From positions 184,053-248,052 of the forward strand of contig JANXDC010000015.1 of the NCBI GenBank assembly GCA_025059945.1: DNA of 64,000 nt, read 5' to 3'. The stretch comes from Bacteroidota bacterium (lineage in GTDB: Bacteria > Bacteroidota > Rhodothermia > JANXDC01). The translations under genes were made by a program, and so were the position numbers. Positions 1 to 10,200 of this stretch are shown piece after piece. Within the stretch, counting starts at the first letter, position 1; each line of letters begins with the position of its first letter. The notes beneath the pieces were generated by a model. That model searched no databases. It saw only the letters and a program-made list of their open reading frames with translations, and was not told where the DNA came from.

Positions 1-2
1 CC

Positions 3-821
3 TACGGGATCTATCGGCTAGGAGGGCTGCAGTACGATCTTACGGAGCCAGAGGCGAGCCCAAGCCTGCCCATCTATTGGGAGACCCTATATGGCGCCTA
101 CGTGAGCCTCTGGTATCCGTTTTCGTTCTTCCGCCGCCTGGAGCTGGGCGCAAGCCTCAACTGGTCCGATAAGACCACCCTGAGCCGAGCCCGTCGGGCG
201 TTCTTGCTCTCCAATAGCCTCACGTGGGTACACGACAACGCGCTTTGGGGTCCGACGGGGCCCGCTGTGGGCTTTCGCGCGCTCTTGAGCTTGGCCTATA
301 CGACGGATCTGCGCTACTCGCACGTCAGCTACTACACCGTGCTTGCGGACGTGCGGCGCTACGTGCGCCTGTGGCGCGATGTGACGTACGCCGTATGGGC
401 GCAGCTGCGCTACAACGAAGGCCGGGAGGCCCGGCGTTTCTTCATGGGCGGCAGCTGGGATGTGCGCGGCTACCCGCTGTTCGGCATCCGCGGCCGACAC
501 ACCTGGCTGTTGAGCCAGGAGCTTCGTTTCCCTCTTGTCGAGCGCATTGGCGCCCGCCTGCCGCTGTTGGCCCCCTTGGGCCCAACGGTCCTGCGCGGAG
601 CCGTGTTTGCGGATCTGGCGCATGCTTGGGAGGACCGCTATCGGGAGCGCATCCCGGAGCTTTACGCTGGGGAAACGCTCGCAAGCCTTGGATTCGGGCT
701 TCGCCTGAACCTTTGGGGCGCCCTTGTGCTGCGCTACGATTGGGGCTGGCGCCTGCGAGAAGGCGCGCGCGGGCTTGAACGAAGGCCGTTTGGTCAGTTT
801 TTCTTCGGATGGGACTTTTGA
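3..821 (+). CDS. Omp85/BamA-family outer-membrane beta-barrel protein, C-terminal portion (5' truncated by window start)
   Basis: Frame 3 is open from position 3 with no stop, so the gene enters from upstream. It contains an Omp85-type GGSWDVRGY motif (GGxxxxRGY). The C-terminus ...FFFGWDF is a beta-signal with terminal Phe and alternating hydrophobics. Coding-like GC3. Confidence 0.55.
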   Translation, partial: YGIYRLGGLQYDLTEPEASPSLPIYWETLYGAYVSLWYPFSFFRRLELGASLNWSDKTTLSRARRAFLLSNSLTWVHDNALWGPTGPAVGFRALLSLAYTTDLRYSHVSYYTVLADVRRYVRLWRDVTYAVWAQLRYNEGREARRFFMGGSWDVRGYPLFGIRGRHTWLLSQELRFPLVERIGARLPLLAPLGPTVLRGAVFADLAHAWEDRYRERIPELYAGETLASLGFGLRLNLWGALVLRYDWGWRLREGARGLERRPFGQFFFGWDF

Positions 822-1933
822 ACCGGCTTCTGCTTCTTCTGCTCTGCGGCTGTGGAACGCTTGCTCCGGTAGAGCTATCGCAGCCCGTGGCGCACTGGTC
901 CGGCTACGGCGGGGATGTTGGGCGCACCCACGCCGTGGCCGCTCCCCTAGAGGCGCCGGTTCGGCTCCTCTGGCGCCGTAACCTCAAGGCCGGTCTGGGC
1001 CCTTGGTCTGCGCCCGTGATCATAGGGCCTTATCTGGGCGTGTGCGCGCAAAACGGGGAGTTTGTGCTGTTTCGCTGGGCCGACGGCCGTCGGGTGGGGG
1101 CGCGCTCCTTTGGTCGCTCTCTAGAGGCCTCGCCGGCTACGGATGGCGATCGACTCTATGTGCCGGTGGCCTTTGGGTCGGTCGGGCTCATCGCCTATGA
1201 GCTCGCAAGCGGCCGCGTGCGCTGGCGGTTTGGGGAGGCCTCCGTCGAGACCCCACCTTTGTATCACGCCGGGCGTCTGTGGCTGAGCACGGTCCGCGGA
1301 GGGCTGCGCCTTTTGGATCCCGAAACGGGCGCCCTGTTGGGCAGCTGGGATCCGCAACGGCCCACTCGGTCCGCTACAGGGCCGGTTTGGACCGGCGCCG
1401 GCGTGGCCTACGCCACGCTGGACGGAGGCATTTACGGCTTTGATGAGGCCTGTCGGCTCCGGTGGCGCCAGGAGCTGGGCGAACCGATTGTGGGCGCCCT
1501 TGCGGCGCGCGACGGTTGGGTCTGGGCCGGCACCAGCCGAGGTTTGCTCGTGGCGTTGTGCGCGGAGCGCGGCGTTTTGGTCTGGCGGCAACGCCTCGGG
1601 CCCGAGCCGGCTCGCATCGCCTTCCACCTGGCCGTAGACGAGCGCGATCTGGTCGTGGGGATAGTAGGGGGGCCGCTATGGGTTCTGGATCCGCAAACGG
1701 GCCGCTTACGCTGGCGCGCCTCCCTGGCAGGGGGGCTTAGCACGCCGCTTCTGCTTGGTTCTTCGGCGATTTGGGCATCCGGCTTCGGCGGGGAGCTCCT
1801 GGCCCTAGACCGCCAAGACGGAGCGGTTCGGTTTCGTTTGCCTCTTTCCGGCCTTGCCAGCTCCGCCGCTTACGTAGCCAGTCGGCTTTTTGTGCTCACG
1901 GAGTCCGGTGATGTACTGGCGTTTGGCTTGTAG
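809..1933 (+). CDS. PQQ-repeat beta-propeller lipoprotein (BamB/YfgL-like)
   Basis: ATG at 809, overlapping the upstream stop by 13 nt. N-terminus MGLLNRLLLLLLCGCG is a lipoprotein signal with lipobox. It has six or more PQQ-like repeats (LxxLDxxTGxxxWR: LLDPETGALLGSW, VLDPQTGRLRWRA etc.). Confidence 0.6.
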   Translation: MGLLNRLLLLLLCGCGTLAPVELSQPVAHWSGYGGDVGRTHAVAAPLEAPVRLLWRRNLKAGLGPWSAPVIIGPYLGVCAQNGEFVLFRWADGRRVGARSFGRSLEASPATDGDRLYVPVAFGSVGLIAYELASGRVRWRFGEASVETPPLYHAGRLWLSTVRGGLRLLDPETGALLGSWDPQRPTRSATGPVWTGAGVAYATLDGGIYGFDEACRLRWRQELGEPIVGALAARDGWVWAGTSRGLLVALCAERGVLVWRQRLGPEPARIAFHLAVDERDLVVGIVGGPLWVLDPQTGRLRWRASLAGGLSTPLLLGSSAIWASGFGGELLALDRQDGAVRFRLPLSGLASSAAYVASRLFVLTESGDVLAFGL

Positions 1934-2480
1934 CCTTCTATTGGGCGCGGGCATAGGGGTTGCCCTCTGCGCCTCCGCGGGGCGCGCCCAGACGCCCTCT
2001 TGGGGTGTGCTCGAGCTCAAGGGGGAGGCCCGCTGGATTGTGGACTCGCTTCCCCCCCTGTGGGGCTCCGTCCGGTTGCGGCTGCCCGAGGGCCTTTACC
2101 GCGTGCGCGCGCTGGCGCCGGAGCGTCGGCTGTGGGGTTGGCCTCCGCAGGAAAAGCTCATCCGGATTCAAGCCGGGGATACGACGCGCTTGGCCGTTCC
2201 GGTCCCATCAGCCGGGCCTCCGCAGCCGATTCTCGTGCAATCCCCGAAGGAGCCCAGCTGGACGCTCGAGTACGCCTGCATGAGCCTTGCCCTGGGCTCG
2301 GCCTTGGTCTCGATCCATTATAAGTTTCGCGCCGATCGGCTTGATGACGCCTACCGACGCACCGGGGACCCGGATCTGTACCGCCGCGTGGCGCGCCTAG
2401 ATCGCGTCGCGGGCGCGGCGCTGCTTGTAACGGAGTTGACCTTGGCCGTCTTGTTTGTGCGGCTTGCCCGGCGTTGGTAG
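1911..2480 (+). CDS. hypothetical protein with N-terminal signal/TM segment and C-terminal TM helix
   Basis: ATG at 1911 (MYWRLACSLLLGAGIGVALCASAG). An alternative TTG at 1890 would overlap the upstream gene. C-terminal hydrophobic helix LLVTELTLAVLFVRL. No recognisable catalytic motif. Confidence 0.35.
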   Translation: MYWRLACSLLLGAGIGVALCASAGRAQTPSWGVLELKGEARWIVDSLPPLWGSVRLRLPEGLYRVRALAPERRLWGWPPQEKLIRIQAGDTTRLAVPVPSAGPPQPILVQSPKEPSWTLEYACMSLALGSALVSIHYKFRADRLDDAYRRTGDPDLYRRVARLDRVAGAALLVTELTLAVLFVRLARRW

Positions 2481-2529
2481 TTGAAACTGAGCCTGCGCAC
2501 GGTTCAATTTGCCGCGGTCGAACACCTCT

Positions 2530-3477
2530 ATGCGGCTCCGCGTGGGTTTTATAGGTTCCGGAGGGCGAGGGCAGGCCATATGGGATCGGCTCCGGGCCTT
2601 CGCTGACGTGGAGGTCCGAGGAGGTTGGCTTGCGCGATCCGCCCCCGAAGCAGAAGTTCCGAACGGGAAGGGACTACCGCGGCTGGATTCTGCAGAGGCG
2701 CTCTTGCTGCAAGTGGATGCGCTGGTGATCGCCGTACCCGTTGAGGAGCGTTTCGTTTTTGCACAACTGGCCTTGCGTCAGCAGCTGCCCTGTTGGGTTG
2801 AGGCTCCGATCGCGTGCACCCCGGAGCAGATGCGTAGGAGCGTGGCGCTAGTAGAGGAAGCTCGGGTTTCCCTGAAACCTGGGCATACGCTGCTGTTTCA
2901 CCCTGTTGTGTGGGCGTTGCGGGAACGCTGGCAGGCCCCGCAGCTACTGGAGGTGCGCCAAGAGGTCGCTTTGCATCCTCGCCGAGCCCCCGTGGACGTG
3001 GCGAGCGAGCTCTTATACCCCAACCTGGCCTTATTGCTGGGGCTTGTCTCCTCGCCCGTACACCGGCTAGAGGCTACGGCGGTTTGCGTATCCGGACTGG
3101 CCCCCGAGCCCGATGGTTTTCGGGTGCACCTGCGTTTTGAGAACGGTCTTGAGGCGCAGCTCTGGGTGAGTCGGCTCTCGCCTGAAGCCGTGCACGAGCT
3201 TCGGCTGTATCAAACCGGCCAGGTGGCCCGAGCCGATCTGATAAGAAACACGCTGGAATGGACGCGCTTGCACCCTCGCGCGGAGCCTGGCGGGCTCAAC
3301 TTGCTCTATGAACGCCCTCGGCTTTCTGAGGCCGATGCGCTCTCGGCGTCCCTTGGGGCTTTCTTGGAGGCCGTGCGTCGAAACCAGGATCCGCCCGTTT
3401 CGGTTTACGACGCAGCCCTGGTGTATCAGGTGTTCCGCAATACGTTGGAAAAAAGCCGTGTCCACGGTGCACCCTAG
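2530..3477 (+). CDS. Gfo/Idh/MocA-like NAD(P)-binding oxidoreductase (predicted)
   Basis: Start ATG 2530 gives MRLRVGFIGSGGRGQ, a Rossmann GxGxxG dinucleotide-binding N-terminus typical of the Gfo/Idh/MocA family. The listed ORF start at 2509 is an upstream alternative. Confidence 0.5.
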   Translation: MRLRVGFIGSGGRGQAIWDRLRAFADVEVRGGWLARSAPEAEVPNGKGLPRLDSAEALLLQVDALVIAVPVEERFVFAQLALRQQLPCWVEAPIACTPEQMRRSVALVEEARVSLKPGHTLLFHPVVWALRERWQAPQLLEVRQEVALHPRRAPVDVASELLYPNLALLLGLVSSPVHRLEATAVCVSGLAPEPDGFRVHLRFENGLEAQLWVSRLSPEAVHELRLYQTGQVARADLIRNTLEWTRLHPRAEPGGLNLLYERPRLSEADALSASLGAFLEAVRRNQDPPVSVYDAALVYQVFRNTLEKSRVHGAP

Positions 3478-4957
3478 CGTATCCCTTAGCGGCAAGGTGC
3501 AGCAAACTCTAGAGCGCATCCGCCAGGACCCCCTGCTGGTGCGGATCGGGGAGATCGCCGATCGGCTTCAGCTGGAGGTCTACGTGGTAGGCGGGTACGT
3601 GCGGGACCTGCTGCTGGGGCGTCCGCACCCGGATATGGATTTTACCGTGATCGGTCCCGGTGGCGGCATCCGGCTCGCCCGGGAGGTGGCGCGCGCCTTA
3701 GGCGCGTCGCCGGTGCGTGTGTACCGGGAGTTCGGTACGGCCATGGTTTGCTACAACGAGCTGCGCCTGGAGTTCGTGGGCGCACGTCGGGAGAGCTACC
3801 GGCGCTCAAGCCGCAAACCCATTGTGGAGGAGGGTTCTCTGGAGGACGATCTGCGCAGGCGAGACTTTACCATAAACGCCCTTGCGGTGCGCTTGGGCGC
3901 CTCTGGAGGTGAACTAATCGACCGCTTCGGCGGCCTGGAGGACCTGAGGCGGCGTCGCATTCGCACCCCCGTGGAGCCCCATCTAACCTTCAACGACGAT
4001 CCGTTGCGCATGCTCCGGGCCATTCGCTTTGCCGCTCAGCTAGGCTTTGAATTGGATCCGGAGTTGCCCCCCGCGATTAGGGCGCTTAAGGAGCGCATCA
4101 GCATCGTCTCGGTGGAGCGCATCACAGAGGAGCTGCAAAAGCTTATGCTCGCCCCTTTTCCGGAGCGCGGCTGGAAGTTGCTGCACGAAACGGGGCTTTT
4201 GGAGTTCATCCTGCCCGAGTTGGCCGCCTTGGAGGGGGTGCAGACCGTAGCGGGCTACGGACACAAGGACAACCTCCGCCACACGCTCGGGGTGCTGGCC
4301 AAGGTCGCGGCCCTGACCGCTTCTTGGGAGGATAAGGAGCGCGCGCTTTGGCTGCGCTGGGCGGCGCTGCTGCACGACATCGGCAAGGCCCTCACCAAGC
4401 GCTTCAGTCCGGGCGAGGGCTGGACGTTTCACGGCCATGAGGAGGTCGGGGCGCGGCTGGTGGAGCCCATTTTCCGGCGCCTGCGCCTGCCCCTCGGAGA
4501 GCCCCTGCGGCGCGTGGAGAAGCTGGTGCGCCTGCACATGCGGCCCGTTGCGCTTTCGGCCCAGCCTGTTACGGACTCGGCCATCCGCCGGCTTCTAGTA
4601 GAAGCCGGCTCCGATCTGGAGGACCTGATGCTCCTGGCCCGGGCCGATATCACGTCGCGCAACCCCAGGCGGGTGCGCCAGCATCTGGAGGGGCTGGAAG
4701 GGCTCGAAGCTCGTCTGCGCGAGGTAGAAGAGCGCGACCGGCTGCGTCAGTTTCGGCCCCCGGTTGACGGCCACGACATTATGGCCCTGCTAAACCTCAA
4801 GCCGGGGCCCCTTGTGGGGCGCATCAAACGCGCCATCGAGGAGGCCATCTTAGAGGGCCGCATCCCCAACGAACGGGAGGCCGCCATAGCCTACATGATG
4901 CAAATTAAAGATCCCCTAATGGCCGATTTCGGCGCCGAAGGCCATGTGCGCGCGTAA
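3458..4957 (+). CDS. cca: CCA tRNA nucleotidyltransferase (poly(A) polymerase family head plus HD domain)
   Basis: Motifs LEVYVVGGYVRDLLLGRPHPDMDFTV and RRDFTINALA match the Pol-beta NTase head of CCA-adding enzymes. An HD domain follows (LLHDIGK...HGHEEVGA). The listed ORF start at 3308 overlaps the upstream gene; in-frame GTGs at 3458, 3467 and 3497 are candidate starts, so the start is uncertain. Confidence 0.8.
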   Translation: MSTVHPSVSLSGKVQQTLERIRQDPLLVRIGEIADRLQLEVYVVGGYVRDLLLGRPHPDMDFTVIGPGGGIRLAREVARALGASPVRVYREFGTAMVCYNELRLEFVGARRESYRRSSRKPIVEEGSLEDDLRRRDFTINALAVRLGASGGELIDRFGGLEDLRRRRIRTPVEPHLTFNDDPLRMLRAIRFAAQLGFELDPELPPAIRALKERISIVSVERITEELQKLMLAPFPERGWKLLHETGLLEFILPELAALEGVQTVAGYGHKDNLRHTLGVLAKVAALTASWEDKERALWLRWAALLHDIGKALTKRFSPGEGWTFHGHEEVGARLVEPIFRRLRLPLGEPLRRVEKLVRLHMRPVALSAQPVTDSAIRRLLVEAGSDLEDLMLLARADITSRNPRRVRQHLEGLEGLEARLREVEERDRLRQFRPPVDGHDIMALLNLKPGPLVGRIKRAIEEAILEGRIPNEREAAIAYMMQIKDPLMADFGAEGHVRA

Positions 4958-5615
4958 AGCCAAACCGGCCGGCCTCTTCATCGGTGTGGCCGGCAACATC
5001 GGGGTCGGTAAATCCTCCTTGACCGAGATCCTGAGCCGGCATTTTGGATGGCGGGCGCATTTCGAGGTGGTGGACCACAACCCGTATCTGCCGGACTTCT
5101 ACAGCGACATGCGTCGGTGGTCCTTTCACCTGCAGATCTTTTTTCTGTCCAATCGCTTCCGGCATCACCGCGAAATCGCGCAAGGCCTGGATGCGGCCGT
5201 GGTGGACCGCACCATCTACGAAGACGCGGAGATCTTCGCACGCAACCTCTTCGAGATGGGCCTCATGAGTGAGCGCGATTATTGGAGCTACCGCCAGCTG
5301 TATCGGACCATGATCGAGTTTCTGCGCCCCCCTGATCTGCTCATCTATCTGCGCGCCTCCGTGGGCACCCTCGTGGATCAGATCCGCCGCCGAGGTCGCC
5401 CGTACGAGGCGAACATCAGCATCGAATACCTGGATCGGCTCAACCGGCTCTATGAAGAATGGATCGGGGGCTATAAGCTGGGCCCTAAGCTTGTCTTGGA
5501 CACGGATGAGCTCGATTTTGTGCACAACCTAGAGCACCGCCACCAGATTCTCCAGACCATCGAGCGGCATCTTTTCGGGCTCTTTCCCATCAAGGAGGTC
5601 CCAAGGCGTTCGTGA
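4944..5615 (+). CDS. deoxynucleoside kinase (dCK/dGK family)
   Basis: P-loop GVAGNIGVGKSS, plus DRxxYED and the ERS motif characteristic of deoxynucleoside kinases. Overlaps the cca stop by 14 nt. Confidence 0.8.
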   Translation: MCARKAKPAGLFIGVAGNIGVGKSSLTEILSRHFGWRAHFEVVDHNPYLPDFYSDMRRWSFHLQIFFLSNRFRHHREIAQGLDAAVVDRTIYEDAEIFARNLFEMGLMSERDYWSYRQLYRTMIEFLRPPDLLIYLRASVGTLVDQIRRRGRPYEANISIEYLDRLNRLYEEWIGGYKLGPKLVLDTDELDFVHNLEHRHQILQTIERHLFGLFPIKEVPRRS

Positions 5616-7228
5616 CCGCCATCGCGTTGCTCCTGGAGGCATTCGGCTCTCTTTGGAGGGGGGACTCCTTATGGGCTGGCGGGGAGCGCTTCGGACGCGA
5701 TCCGTACGCGGATCTAGGGGGGCTGCTTCGGATGCGCCCCCTGGAGGTGCGCCAGGCCGGGCTGGGATGGGCTTGGTACTACGACCGAGGCCTTCCCCCA
5801 GGGGCGCGCGGCCTCTGGTACGGAGGCCTCCGGCTTGAGGATCCGTTCACGCGCGAGCCGCTTCCGATCCTAGCGCCCCAAGATGCGGGCGCGCTCCGCT
5901 GGCATCCGGCTTTGGGCTTTAGCTGGGCGGACCGGCCGGAACCCCCAGAACCGCTCACGGTGCTCGGCTATCATCAGGCCCTACGGGGAGGCCTGGAGGC
6001 CTTTGGCGCTGCGCACGCGCAGCGGCTCTACGGGTCGACGTGGCTTTCCCTGCAATACGGCCTGGGCTCAGACCGAGGGCGCTGGCCGGGAGAAGAGGTG
6101 CGCAACCGAACCGTGGGAGCCGGCATCTCCACTCGGCGCGGCCCGTGGCGATGGACGCTGCGATACGCGGCAGATGCTCACAACGGGCGCTCCAACGAAG
6201 GCTGGGCCGTGAGCAACCCGCCAGCGTGGAGTTTATGGGAACGCACCCCTCCCTGGATCGCCCCGCAGGGACGGACTTGGCGGCTGAGGCGCGAATGGGC
6301 TCGCCTACAGGCGCTCCATCCGAAATGGGGGGAGTGGGGGCTGGTGCGTCAGTTTTATCGGTACGCATTCGAAACGCGCTCCCGTCGTTTTGCCGCCTGG
6401 TCCCTGCAGGGACGTTTTCGCCAGACCGGGGGGGATTTCGAATGGGAGCTGGGCCGAGCCGAGGCGACCGATTCCGCCTGGCCGCAGGCCTTGCGTCTTT
6501 CCTGGCTTGAGGTGCGGATTCTGGATACGATCCGTCCTCCGCTCTGGGCGGGGATGCGCCTGCGTTGGGGGTCCAAGGGGGGAGAGGCCTTGGCGGGCGC
6601 CTGGGGAGCCCGCCTGGGCCGGGGAGACGTTTGGATGCTCGGCGGATGGATGGGCCCCGATTGGGAGGAGCGCGGCGCTCGAGGCCGCCAAGCCGGTATT
6701 GCCTTTCTGCACTTGAGCGGGGTCTGGTCGGATGCCCGTTGGCGCTGGGAGCCCTTCGTTACGCTTTCCCGAACCGATACGACCTCTGTGCTCGTGGCGG
6801 GGGCGGAGCTGAGCCTGCGATGGCGCCGCGGCCTCTGGGGGGGAACGGGTCGGCTTCTGGGCCAGCTTCAGCGAGGTGCTCCTCGGGCGCTACCGGAGCT
6901 CTCGGTGCGTCTAGAGGGGTACCGGGACTTTTTCGTAGCCCAGGGAGCCTGGCGATTCCGCTTGGAGGCCGTTCTCAGCGGGCAAAGCGGAGGTTGCCGA
7001 AGCGCATGGGATTTGACCCGTCTTCGGCGCTGGCCGGCTTCGGGCCCCGGCACTCCTCCCGGCCTGTGGCTTGATCTGCGTCTGTTCGCCCAATCCGGAC
7101 GCGCTTGGCCTTATCTGGCCCTGGACAACGCCCTAGATGGCCTACCGGGCGTTGTTTTGCCGACCGCCTATAGGCCCTTGGACCGCCGTCGGGTGCGCTG
7201 GGGACTTCTGTGGGAGCTCAGCTACTAG
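5612..7228 (+). CDS. hypothetical Trp/Arg/Gly-rich protein, putative outer-membrane beta-barrel
   Basis: ATGA start/stop overlap with the deoxynucleoside kinase gene. 538 aa with extreme Trp/Arg content. C-terminus ...RWGLLWELSY has alternating hydrophobics ending in an aromatic residue (beta-signal-like). No recognisable enzymatic motifs. Confidence 0.45.
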   Translation: MTAIALLLEAFGSLWRGDSLWAGGERFGRDPYADLGGLLRMRPLEVRQAGLGWAWYYDRGLPPGARGLWYGGLRLEDPFTREPLPILAPQDAGALRWHPALGFSWADRPEPPEPLTVLGYHQALRGGLEAFGAAHAQRLYGSTWLSLQYGLGSDRGRWPGEEVRNRTVGAGISTRRGPWRWTLRYAADAHNGRSNEGWAVSNPPAWSLWERTPPWIAPQGRTWRLRREWARLQALHPKWGEWGLVRQFYRYAFETRSRRFAAWSLQGRFRQTGGDFEWELGRAEATDSAWPQALRLSWLEVRILDTIRPPLWAGMRLRWGSKGGEALAGAWGARLGRGDVWMLGGWMGPDWEERGARGRQAGIAFLHLSGVWSDARWRWEPFVTLSRTDTTSVLVAGAELSLRWRRGLWGGTGRLLGQLQRGAPRALPELSVRLEGYRDFFVAQGAWRFRLEAVLSGQSGGCRSAWDLTRLRRWPASGPGTPPGLWLDLRLFAQSGRAWPYLALDNALDGLPGVVLPTAYRPLDRRRVRWGLLWELSY

Positions 7229-10200
7229 GAACCGGCTTCAGCCTCTTCGGCCGGACGCCAGCCCAAGGCCTCGGCCAAGCTCGCCAGCAGTCGCCTGCGG
7301 TCAAGGGGCTTGGTAAGATATGCGCAGGCGCCGGCCTCAAGGACCTGTTTGTGGGCTTCGGCTGTGGCGTAGGCCGTCTCCACCACAACCGGCACCTGCG
7401 CGTAAGCCGGATGGCGGGTTCGGATTTCGCGAAGCAGCGCAAATCCATCCCAAGGGCCGGGCAGGTTCAAATCCAGCAACACCAGATCAAACGGCTCCTG
7501 CTCTACAAGACGCAACGCCTCCTCCCCGTCTCGGGCCAGGCGTATCTGCATCACCGGCTGCAGCGCCGCCTCCAGCCAGGCGGCGCTTTCGGGATGGTCC
7601 TCTACGATGAGCACCCGGGCCTTGCGGCGTTTTAGGTAAAGCAGATGCCTGGGGTCTGGCCGGCTCTCCGGAAGGCCCGTTTGGAGCTCTTCTTCGCCAA
7701 CGCTCACAGCCGGAAAGACGACCTCGAAGGTGCTGCCCTGGCCTTTTTCAGACTGCACCGCGATGCGTCCGCCCATGAGCTCAACAAGTCGGCGCGTGAT
7801 CGCCAGGCCCAAGCCGGCTCCCTCGTGGGTGCGGCCGTATCCGGTGGATTCCTGTCGGAAGGGCTCAAACAGATACGGCAGAAACGCCGGATCGATCCCG
7901 CGCCCCGTGTCCACCACGCGCACGAAGGTCTCCCAGCCCCCCGTCGAAGCGGGGCGCGAGCCCGTTTCCACGGTCACCGAGCCGGAGTCCGTAAACTTGA
8001 TCGCATTCGAGACCAGGTTCACAAGCACCTGATGCAGCCGATCCTGATCGGCCCGTACGGGCAGGCGCTCGGCGATCCGGGCCTCAATGCGCAAGCCTTT
8101 GCGTTCCGCCAAGGGCTGCATCAGGCGTACCACGTGCCGAACGAGCTCTCTCGGCCAAAGGACCGTCATGCGTAGCTCGACTCGGTTGGCCTCGATGCGC
8201 GCCAGATCCAAGAGGTCGTTAAGCAAACGCAAAAGCCGCTCCCCGGAGCGCTGGATCGTCTCGGCCTGATCCATGAGCTCATAGAGGCCGCGTTCGGCTA
8301 GCTCCTGCGCAAGCAGGTCCGCAAAGCCCAGGATCCCGTTTAAGGGGGTGCGGATCTCATGGCTCATCGAGGCCAGAAAGGCGCTCTTAAGCCGGCTGGC
8401 CTCCTCGGCGTGCTCTTTAGCCTCCCGAAGCTTCTGCTCCATCTCTACAAGATGCGTGATGTTCTCGTGCACGCCGATGTAGCCAATCGGGCGTCCCGTG
8501 TGCTCCTCATACAAAGGATCGATGTGCAGATGGGCCCAGTAGCCAGAGCCGTCCTTGCGATATAGGTAGAGCCGTTCATCTACCGGCTCAAAGGCGGCCA
8601 ATTTGGCTTCGATCCGGGCTGCCGTATCGGGATCTGTCTTTGGGCCCCGCAAGAGCTGACCGGGTATCTGGCCTCGGACCTCTTCTAAGGCGTGGCCCGT
8701 TAGCCGACTCCAGGCTTCATTGACCCAGATGATGCGCCTTTTGTCGTCTGTGATCACCACCCCTTGGGTGACTTGCCGAAGCGCCCGCGCTAGACGTCTA
8801 TGCTCCTCCTGAACAGTGTGGTATTCGAGGGCGATCCCGGCCAGGTAGGCCATGCGCTCTAGCAGCCGCCTCTCCAAAGGCGTCGGCCCTCGGATATGAT
8901 CGAAGTACACGGCGAACGTACCCAGTACCTTGCCTGAGGCGTTTCGGAAGGGCACCGACCAGCAGGCCCGAAGAGCATACTGGCGCGCAAGCTCTCGGTA
9001 TTCTTGCCAGCGGGGATCGGTCCAGGTGTCCGCCACCCAAACGGGCTCCCCCGTGTAGGCCGCTGTGCCGCAGGAGCCTACTTGAGGGCCGATACGAATT
9101 CCGTCAATCTGCGCAACATAAGCTTCGGGCAAATGCGGGGCGGCCCCGTGTCGCAATCGCTCCCCTTCAAGAAGAAGTACCGAGGCACGGCTTTCGGAAA
9201 GGGCTTCTTCGATAGCCAGGCAAAGATGCTCCAGAAGCACCCCAAGCGGCTCTTCTCGGATAAGGCCTTCAAGAAAGGCGTTTTCTCGTTCCCGCAGACG
9301 TCCTTCCTGTTGGCGCGCCGTGATGTCGCGCGCAATACCGGCGATGAGGTCGATCTCTCCTGCAGGATTCGGAATGGGCACAAGCTGCGTAAGCCAAGTG
9401 CGCCGGCCCGCGGGCAACTGAAGTGTCTCCTGGTACTCGATGGGTCGTTTGAGCTCAAGGCAAGTCCGGTAGTTGCGGCTAACATGCGAGACGATCTCTG
9501 GAGGCAATACTTCTTTCAGAGGGCGGTTCCAAAGTATCTCAGGGCTTAGGCCGGTTTTACGCTGATGGGCTGGATTGGTGGCTTCGACCTCGAACTGGCC
9601 GTCGGGGCGTACGCGGATCCAGAAGATCGCATCCTCGGTGTACGTATGCAGCCCCTCGAAACGGCGCTGCAACTCCATCTCGCGCGTAAGGTCTACGGCC
9701 GTGCCCTCGATGATCTCGGATCCATCCGGATCCCGCACTAGGCGGGCGTTTATAAGCATGTACACGAGCCTGCCGCTTCGGTGTCGGTAAACGGTCTGGA
9801 AGTTGCGGATTTGGGTCTGTGCGCGCAGAGCCGAAATAAGCCGTTCTTGTTGTACAGAATTCGGGTATAGATCCCAGACCGAAAGCGCAAGCACTTCTTC
9901 GGGCTTCTCAAAGCCCAGCATGCGCGCAAAACTGGGGTTTACCTCTAGCAGGCGCCCTTCGGGCGTAGAGCGGAAAAACCCCGCCGGGCTTTCTTCCAAA
10001 AACCTTCGATATTGCTCCTGAGCATGGACAAGTTGCCGTTGTGCTTCGATCAGTTCCGATATGTCCACGGCTGTACCGAGCACAGCCGGTCTGCCCCGAT
10101 ACATGATGCGCCGGCTGCTACAGGCCACGTGCACGGCCCTGCCCTCTCGATGCCGGAGCCTGTAGATGTGCTGCAGCCGATCGAGTTCTCCCCGCTGTAG

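Noticed and set aside
224-778. Long alternative-frame and antisense ORFs throughout the track, for example 224..778, 1121..1627, 18003..18656, 42925..43890, 43903..44358, 56400..57575 and 57642..58436
   Set aside because: At ~67% GC, stop codons are rare in all frames. These ORFs lie inside well-supported genes and have Arg/Pro/Gly/Ala-dominated low-complexity translations with no motifs.
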